A stretch of 20,000 nucleotides of DNA from Seison nebaliae. Taxonomy: Eukaryota. Location of the stretch: assembly GCA_023231475.1 (NCBI GenBank), contig JALJEE010000759.1, positions 44,196 to 64,195 on the forward strand. The letters are read 5' to 3'. Position numbers and translations under genes: made by a program. The first letter of the stretch is position 1, and each line of letters begins with the position of its first letter. The notes below the pieces were generated by a model. It was not told where the DNA came from and ran no database searches. It saw only the letters and a program-made list of their open reading frames with translations. This document shows, one piece after another, positions 12,337-20,000 of the stretch.

Positions 12337-14260
12337 AATAATTTTTTTGTTGTAAAAAAAGACTGATGGATGGACGAACGAAAGAACATCCGTTAGATGA
12401 ACGAATCGATAGATGGATGTATAATCTTGTAAACAGCAAGAATTATGCGCAATTGGATGTTCGAGGAAAGAATGTGCTTTTACCGAAATGATTAATTAGA
12501 AATTGAATGAGTACAAACATTATTTTTTTTAAACAAGACCAAAAAAGCAAATTATAGAACAGACATTGAATGACAATTAGGACAATATAAGTTTTGGAAA
12601 GAAAACTTTTTATTCCATTCTTTTCCTCCATATTAAACATTATCTTTTATTGCATCAGAATCCCATGAAAAAATAAACACTAAATATCCTAAAGGGAAAA
12701 TTTCGGAGGATATGTCACGTCATTTATGTAAAGTTTCATAATCTTTCTCCGAACTCGAAAGAAAATTTTGTTGATTACAATTATTTTAATTACGAATCCC
12801 GCCCTCCAATCAATATCTCACTAGAACAATTAATGTAGAAAAGAAAAAGAAAACTCAATTCACAACAAATATTAGAGTATGAAGTTTGAGTTAAACAAAT
12901 TCACATATCCGATCGGCTTGATCGTTTATGGTCTATTCATCATCATCGTCATCATCATCATACATAATATATTCATATGCAGTTAATTTTTTCCTTTCTC
13001 ATTCCAAATACGAAAACAATTATTCTGTTTTCTTTTATTTCCATTTTCATATATACAACAAATTGAACAATTGATTAGAAACAGATTCATGTCAAAAGCA
13101 TGCATGAACTCCCGGTATACCCGGAGAAATTCACATATTCACCCATTTCCTGCTTAGCACTCCTCCTGAACAAAGTTTTAGTTTTAAGACTGTTCAAATC
13201 AAACAAAAATTCTTTTTTATGTCACCAATTCATTTTTCAAAAAAAAAATAACAATTTATTGTGCGAAACATGATTAGTCTTTTCATTCCTCACATCTCCC
13301 CCATTAATTTCATGTTTCAATTTCTCTTCTCAACAAGAAAGATGATCTAGATTGTAAAAAATGGTTTAGTGCACAAACAAATGTGTCGAAAAGAATAATC
13401 TATTTAGTTACTCGATTCTTACAAGTGTAATAGAAGAAGAAGACGTAGAAGTGATATGGAGGAGTTGATTTATTCTTCTTCGCTAAATCACCAATCGCTT
13501 ATAGTTAGTGAGAAGAAGAATTAGAAATAAACTGATGTAATTATTAATCTTATTAGTAATGATAATTATTTTATGGTTATGAGGAATGATCGAACAATTT
13601 TAGTATGCAGAAAAAATTCCTAAAATATATCAATTTTATTGACAACATCGTCAAAATCTATCAGATTCAGATGAAAAAATTTTTTTTGTATTCTTTCAGT
13701 TGAAGGCAAATTGAACTTTGAAGAATTTGGCTAATGATAGCTTTTTATAGTACCAAACAAAGTTTTTTTTAATGAAAATTTATCAAAAAATACTTCTTCA
13801 CCTTCCTCCTCCTCCCTCTTTGCCTAAATAACATTTCTCCTGTAATCTTTAATATTCATATCAATTTCATATTAACATGACTGTTTTCACCTTTTCTTCC
13901 ATTTAAACGGTGAAAGGAGCCCGAAGCATGTGGAAATTGCATCTACGCAAAATTCCGACAGTCAAATGTCGACAACATTCTGTCTATTCTTCTTCCGAAA
14001 TTCATATTCCACTATCAAATTCCAGTTAATGATAAGTAAACTTTACCGGCAGAAAATTTTCCCTACGTTAATCAAGAACAGAAGATGTTCATATTTCTCT
14101 TCTGCCTAAAATGAGAAATTTTCTTTAATATTTTCTGATAGATCACTTCTCGATTAACATTTTCAGGAAGAATCCAATGAAATGTTCTCTAATTTTTGAG
14201 GGGAGTCGTTGCAGCCTCAGAACGGCTCAAACGGCGCTTCAAATACCGGAACATATTTAG

Positions 14261-17200
14261 ATGAATCAAATGAATATTCTTATGTTCAATTTCCTCATTA
14301 TTTATTTGATATCATCTCATAAAAACATCTACGTTGCAACACGAACACATTATGTCCACACAGATTTCCTTCAAAACGCTAGAAAGTTTCGATTAATAAA
14401 ATTCTTATACTTAAAAATGATTCATAAAACTCGACAATTTGAACTTTAATTTTTATTTTATTGTTTTCGAAAAATAAATTGACAATTTCATTTTTTTCTA
14501 GTTTGAGCGAAGAAGAAGAAAACAGTTTAAGTACAAATGTAACAAAAATTTTGGATAAATTATTGGAAGGATATGATCGACGTTTACGTCCAAATTTCGG
14601 AAGTCCAAACATTTTCTTGAATTACAATTCATAATATTTTCAGGTCGACCGGTTGAAATCAATATAACCATCCAAATAAATAGTATTCATTCGATGAGTG
14701 AAGTGGGAATGGTTAATTTTAAAAAAATGATTCCCTTCAACTCATTTTTCATTTAGAGTTATTCATTAGATTTATATTTACGACAATATTGGAATGATCG
14801 ACGATTATCATTCGAACCGATAATTAAGGACAAATATGAATTGAAGGAATTTGTTTTGAGTACTGATATTCTTGATAAGATTTGGTGGCCTGATACATTC
14901 TTTGCAACAGAGAAACGAGGAGAACTACATCAATTAACTACATCTAATCGTCTCTTACGTATCACTCATACAGGTGATGTGTTGTTAAGTATGAGATTAA
15001 CGGTGGAATCCACATGTAATATGGATCTCCGATTATTCCCAATGGACACCCAACGATGTACATTAGAGATCGAGAGTTGTTCGTGATTATTATTTATCCA
15101 ATTTTTATTATTCAACTTATTTCATTAAAGATGGTCATGAAACGAAAGATATGTATTATCGTTGGGTTGATAACAAATTAGATATATTAGAAACGTCATT
15201 GCCACAATTCAATCTGACACATTATCGACAAGAGCAAATACTGATAACAACAACAACAGGGAATTATTCTCGTTTGATAACAACATTAGTCTTCAAACGA
15301 CGAATTGGATATTATCTGATACAAATTTATGTTCCAGCAATTCTCATCGTTATTATGTCGTGGAAATCGTTTTGGATTGAACGGACAGCATCACCGGCAC
15401 GTGTTTCTTTAGGTTATTAAATCTCTAATTTTTTTTATAATTCGAATTAATATTTCAAATTTCCAGGTATTACTACTGTTTTGACTATGACAACTTTAAT
15501 GTCAACTATTAATAATCAATTACCAAAAATTTCTTATATGAAAAGTATCGATATATTCCTGACGACTTGTTTCGTGATGGTTTTTATGTCGTTAGCTGAG
15601 TATGCTACCGTTTCAGTGGTACATCGAAGAAATGTTTATTATTATCGTCGAAAGCGAAACAAACAACGTCTACTTGAACAAAATGCAGTTGTACCTAGCA
15701 CTGGTTATCAATCAGCTAATTCTTCTTCACAAAATGATGCACCGAAATCTTCGCATCGTCTCAATACGACACCGGTTCATTCTATCACCAAATCCAAATC
15801 GTCAAAGCAAGAAAATGAGCGGAAAAATTCAGAGGGAACATCCATTACAGATTTTTTGACATCTGCCGGAGAATTGACAAGAGCCTTTTTCGGCGTGTCA
15901 AGTCCAATTGATGATTTGCCAAAAAAAAATTGTAAAAGAAAAAATCAATTTTTTTCTATGAGACAAAATCGACGAAATAAGAAAAGTGCACCGAATTATA
16001 GTGCACGTGAAGAGGAGAATGAAACGACAGAAAACTCTTATCCAACAAGTCCATTGTTAGTACATCGACGAAAGAAGAAGAGTTCGGAATGTCCAAACAA
16101 AATCGAATCAACATATTCTCCGTTTATTCAACCGAAAAATATGAGAATAACAAAAAATCCTCAAAACGATATGATGTCACCTCGAGAATTAACCGATTCA
16201 CCTTCACATCGTCATTCACCTCAAATAATAATTGCGAGTTTGTAATTTCTTCTTTTAAAATTTTCTTTCTATTTTCATCAGGTCATCATCCACCGAAAGA
16301 GACCGACGTTGAAAATCAGGACCAATCTCAAATTCGTAAAACGACATTAGCAGTAGTACGAAATGAAGGTGGAGAAAAACCAGTTTTTGCATTCGATACT
16401 ACTAAACAAATTCCAAACAACAACAATAATAATAACAACAATAACCTTAATTTCGTAAAGAATTCTGATAATATTAATCGGATCGTTGTGAAAAAGGAGA
16501 GTAATAGAGAACGATTACCATCGGAACATCTTTCAAGAAAATGTCGGAAAAGTCCATTGAAACTTCATAATAATAATGATGGTCAATCAACGATATTTGA
16601 CGAAACATTAATTGCAATGGATCACACACCGAAACCGACGAAAACTTACAATTTGATCGATATCGCTCCGACCAGTTATACGATGCCTAATCATTCATCT
16701 AATACTCATCTTTATCACAAGCAACCGAATATAACAAAGCCGAAATGTGCGGAAGCGATATATGCCAATCCGTTTTATGCTTATTTTAATGAGCCGCCAC
16801 CTCCAGGTTTCGAAGCCGAATACTATTACTACCTCCAAAAAATTCAAAGAAAAATTCGAAAACAAATGTCGCAAAGATACATTCCTCCCAATTTTAGACA
16901 ATCTGGATATTCGCCCTATCATGAAATCTCTAAACAACAATTACCTACCGAATATATTCCCGCCACCCTCAAAGTCACCACAGCAAATTTAGTTAATATT
17001 AATGACAAATTACGTAATAATCATCAAAGAAAATTGCCAGAGAAACGACGAAGTAGCTCCTCACCTTATAGTAGTCGGAATACTTCAGCTAAATCGAAAC
17101 ATCGAACAAAATCGGATATGATTCTAACAAAACCAAATGATGATCAACTACTCACAATTCCACCATCAGTTCAACCACAAGATCTTCATAAAACTAGTTC

Positions 17201-17844
17201 TTGACATTTTCTATTATTAAGTTATAAATTCATCTCACTATTTAGATATGTCACTTCGATCGAATAGTTCAAGAAATTCAAATAGATTCTATAGAAATAA
17301 ATTCAAGGCGGCCGCTCATCAAATAATGACGCAGAATTCCATCATGGACTATATGGAGAATCGAGGTGGTGGTAATAAGATAAGAATGAATGAGAAAAAT
17401 ATAAAATCCGAATTGAGATCCAGTAAGAAATATGATAACGATTATCGGAAAGGTATACGTCATCGTCTCTTAAATAAACTCACGAGAGATTCACCGACGA
17501 GTTTTGGCGATGAAATGAAATTAGCAAAACGATTAAGAGAAAGAAAAGAAGCAATGTTTGCCAGTTCATATGACATCACTGATAGTGGAGAATTGTCATA
17601 CGATACAGATGACGATCAGAAACCATACATGAAAAACGACCCATCCAAATTCCAGAAATTTTCATTATTCCGATGTAAACTTCGACGGATAAAAGCGTCT
17701 TTCATCGACATTAATTCTAGAATTGCATTTCCACTTGCTTTCCTCTGTTTCAATATCGGTTACTGGTTCTACTATTATCCTCAGTTCGTCGAAGATGAAA
17801 TGACATATCAAAAAGAGAACTTCATTCGAGTAAATCCTGTCTGA
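14261..17844 (+). CDS. Rdl: Cys-loop ligand-gated chloride channel subunit, RDL-like GABA receptor; join(14261..14385,14502..14602,14644..14711,14757..15078,15131..15412,15467..16237,16282..17196,17246..17844), ~1060 aa
   Basis: [22 protein letters not shown]; loop [10 protein letters not shown]; loop A WWPDTFF; Cys-loop [15 protein letters not shown]; loop B EIESYG; loop [10 protein letters not shown]1 [20 protein letters not shown]2 [31 protein letters not shown]3 [17 protein letters not shown]4 [21 protein letters not shown]. Exon lengths sum to 3183 nt, in frame, with GT-AG introns of 116, 41, 45, 52, 54, 44 and 49 nt. The TLMS...LPKISY.KSID and CFVMVF..L.EYATV segments match RDL as I recall it; orthology needs a tree. 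Exon 1 is less certain than the rest. Confidence 0.9.
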
Positions 17845-17957
17845 TGAGAGAGAGTGTTGTGAAATTAAACAAATTCAAAATTTATCCGTCCTCACCACCT
17901 TTTTGTCATCGTCATCATCTACTTCATGGCATATAACTAGTTTTTAAATTTTTCAAA

Positions 17958-17973
17958 AATAAAATTTAATAAA
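17958..17973 (+). promoter_or_regulatory. Candidate polyadenylation signals of the channel gene (two AATAAA)
   Basis: AATAAA at 17958 and 17968, about 115 nt after the TGA stop. Confidence 0.4.
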
Positions 17974-18076
17974 TAATCCATATAGTAAATTGTATAAATT
18001 TCACATTATTGTCATTAGTATTGTCAGTTCCACAAGGAGAGATGTGTTGAGTTTGATTCGGGAATTACGTCGGTAG

Positions 18077-18967
18077 AAATGCACAATTTTTTCCTATAAT
18101 GTTCACGGCTATCAACATTTAATTTCGTCAATTTCTAGTTTTGTTAGTTTCGATATAATCTTGATCCAAGAAACTCGGTTAAATTCTCTACCGGTAGGCT
18201 TCAGCGAGTCGATTCCGTCATCTCATATTTTATTTTTCCATCCAGCCATTTCTACAAGCAGAACATCGAGAAGAGGTCGGTGCTCAGGAGGACTGATGTT
18301 TTTGATTAGGAAATGTTAAATTTCTAAAAATTTTCGTATCATTTCAGATTACATATGCTCTATACAAATTGGTGACGTTCTCATTGTTAATATGTATAGT
18401 TGTACGATAGAGCGACTAAGAGTAGTTGAAGAAATCAAAGGGATTCTTGAAAATGTCTATATCTATTGCTCCCCTGAAATTGCGTATTTGTGGGTTAGCA
18501 GTGATCATTTCAAATTTGACGTGAGGAATTCGTTGAAAATTAGGAATTCTGATTTATTATTGATTTTGAAGTCAATAATACCGTATGAGATTATTTTAAA
18601 CCATTTAAAGAACCGAATGAAACACACTCATTACAGTTGTATTCCAAATCAAGGAAAAAAAAATCAAATTTACAAGGGGGTTTTACCATTAACTAGCAAT
18701 AGTTCCAACGGAGAGAGATTGAAGTCTCTATCAATAATAAATAACCCACCATTACATTCATAAGATAGAATATCCTCTAACATAACCACGGTGTGCAATT
18801 TCTTGGAAGTATCGCCGAAGTATATACATTGCATACCAAAACGGAACAAATATGTTGAGATAAGAGCCAAGAGACATACGAAATTTTTAGAAATTTTTAT
18901 GATAGGAACGACTAGGAAAATTTTCAAACTTCTCCCATACACGCACTGGTTAAAAAGGAGAAGATAA
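18077..18967 (+). mobile_element. Degenerate non-LTR retrotransposon fragment: APE-like (EEP family) endonuclease domain, no reverse transcriptase seen
   Basis: One frame reads KCTIFSYNVHG (18077-18109)...FDIILIQETRL...RRGRCSGGLMFLIRKC*...ICSIQIGDVLIVNMY...LWVSSDHFKFD. These match the APE motifs SxNVxG, DIIxIQET, GRxSGG and xNxY; the GDFN position is degenerate. In-frame stops at 18317 and 18761; the frame closes at 18967. The region after ~18640 has no recognisable motif. Confidence 0.75.
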
Positions 18968-19099
18968 TATTTCAACTCGCAATCCGTTAACCCAATGTTG
19001 ATACTAATGCACCAGTCGTAGTAGCCATTAAATTCACATAAAATTATACGCGGTATTCCAAAGTTAGTTTCTATTTACAATAAAATACTTAAAAGCATA

Positions 19100-19276
19100 C
19101 CCTATCATACAAAATCAGACTAAATAACGTCTAATTTTGAGGGTGTCAAAAAATCACTTTATTTAGCGTTTAAATTAAGTGTCTTTAGACCGAAAAGGTG
19201 AAAAAACGGTCTAATTAACCTCTAATTAAATACTCAGATGAGTACTTAAAATCAGACTTGTTTTTGTATGATAGGG
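19100..19276. mobile_element. MITE-like non-autonomous DNA element (177 bp) with perfect 15-bp TIRs
   Basis: CCCTATCATACAAAA (19100-19114) and TTTTGTATGATAGGG (19262-19276) are exact reverse complements. Internal direct repeat AAAATCAGACT (19111, 19248) and three TCTAATT. No clean TSD (TA on the left, AT on the right). Confidence 0.7.
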
Positions 19277-19918
19277 ATGTTACTCTTGACAAATGAATGA
19301 CATAATTTGAAAAAAAGATGAGCAATTGTCTATGAATCACCCGTAATAATTTTTTTCGATTTATGTCAATTCGAAACGGAAAGAATAGTTTCTTTTCAAA
19401 ATTTTTTCAATCCTAATTGATTAAGGAGCATGTTCTAAAACGCTCCGTCTGATTAAACTTCTTTCCATAAACTTATTTGGCACACATCCTAAAGGGTTCG
19501 GTGACAATTGCCCCGTGAGACTGTTTTATTCCACCACTTTAGTTTTTTGTATTTTAAAGTAGTTACGCAGAGAGTAACATCATAAAAAAGCATAAATTCC
19601 GAAACTATTTTTTCTTGTCTATCGAATGGTTCCCATTACGATATATTTGATTAGATATTAGTGAAAATATTTAGAATCACAGATCAAAAAAACTTCAAAA
19701 AAAATTTTTTTTTCTCTCTAAATTAAACTGCAGGTACATGACATTTATAATTATCCGATTAACTTCATTTTTTTAAAATAGTTAGAACATCACCTTCCGA
19801 ACAGAAGTTCAAGAAATCTAAGAAAGATATTTAATATTAGAGTAATAGATATAGGATATAATATAAATGCCGTGTACTTGCAGTTTTTTTGCGAACTTGA
19901 TTTTCATTTTTGATTCTA

Positions 19919-19997
19919 CCCTGTTGGCATTGGAACGTTTTTTTAACTTTTATATACATCAAGAAAACGTTCTCAAGACGTTCAAATGCTTACAGGG
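19919..19997. mobile_element. Very small MITE-like element (79 bp) with ~20-bp imperfect TIRs, flanked by TA on both sides
   Basis: TA-CCCTGTTGGCATTGGAACGT...ACGTTCAAATGCTTACAGGG-TA; arms are 17/20 complementary (19/22 including the TA). Confidence 0.7.
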
Positions 19998-20000
19998 TAA

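Noticed and set aside
12365..12420. GATG/GACG/GAAC tetranucleotide-like run
   Set aside because: Degenerate microsatellite; no repeat-spacer structure.
8729..12640. Scattered 60-100 aa ORFs on both strands
   Set aside because: I/F/L/K/N-biased translations typical of AT-rich noncoding DNA; many start at non-ATG codons.
14188..14250. Sm-site-like AATTTTTGAG followed by a GC-rich weak hairpin (snRNA, SL RNA or tRNA?), also resembling TCTAATTTTGAGGG at ~19130
   Set aside because: No U1/U2/U4/U5 hallmark sequences, no leader donor and no cloverleaf; more likely promoter or 5' UTR of the channel. An Infernal search would settle it.
14379..17463. Overlapping ORFs within the channel gene (14379-, 15602+, 16695-, 16747+, 17278-)
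   Set aside because: Alternative-frame or antisense shadows of the channel exons.
18670..18975. Minus-strand 101-aa ORF containing IIDRDFN (GDFN-like)
   Set aside because: No other endonuclease motifs on that strand; treated as coincidence.
1..20000. Prokaryotic systems (CRISPR, operons, defence islands) or a non-standard genetic code
   Set aside because: Intron-containing animal genes translate correctly with the standard code and end in TAA/TGA; no repeat-spacer arrays were seen.

Overview
AT-rich eukaryotic (invertebrate animal) genomic DNA with short spliceosomal introns; all recognisable genes are on the + strand. Contents in order: (1) a two-exon TSR1 pre-40S ribosome biogenesis gene (544-2916). 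(2) An intronless 1007-aa ORF of unknown function (3128-6151). (3) An isolated signal-peptide exon at 8157-8329, followed by about 6 kb with no convincing ORF. (4) An 8-exon, ~1060-aa Cys-loop anion channel subunit most like RDL-type GABA receptors (14261-17844). It has a ~660-aa M3-M4 loop and substitutions at known insecticide sites (M2 2' Ser, M3 Gly->Thr), plus a Lys in M1. (5) A decayed APE-type endonuclease of a non-LTR retrotransposon (18077-18967), only partly visible in the ORF track. (6) Two small TIR elements with CCCT...AGGG termini (19100-19276, 19919-19997). All 8 reconstructed introns have a pyrimidine at donor position +3 (GTT/GTC) rather than GTRAGT. The 8157 exon is phase-compatible with exon 2 of the channel and may be a distal alternative first exon. 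I see no clear evidence of a wholly new system; the best leads are the splice-donor grammar, the channel's features, and a possible stop-removing micro-intron in the TE endonuclease. All homology calls come from recalled motifs, not from searches.
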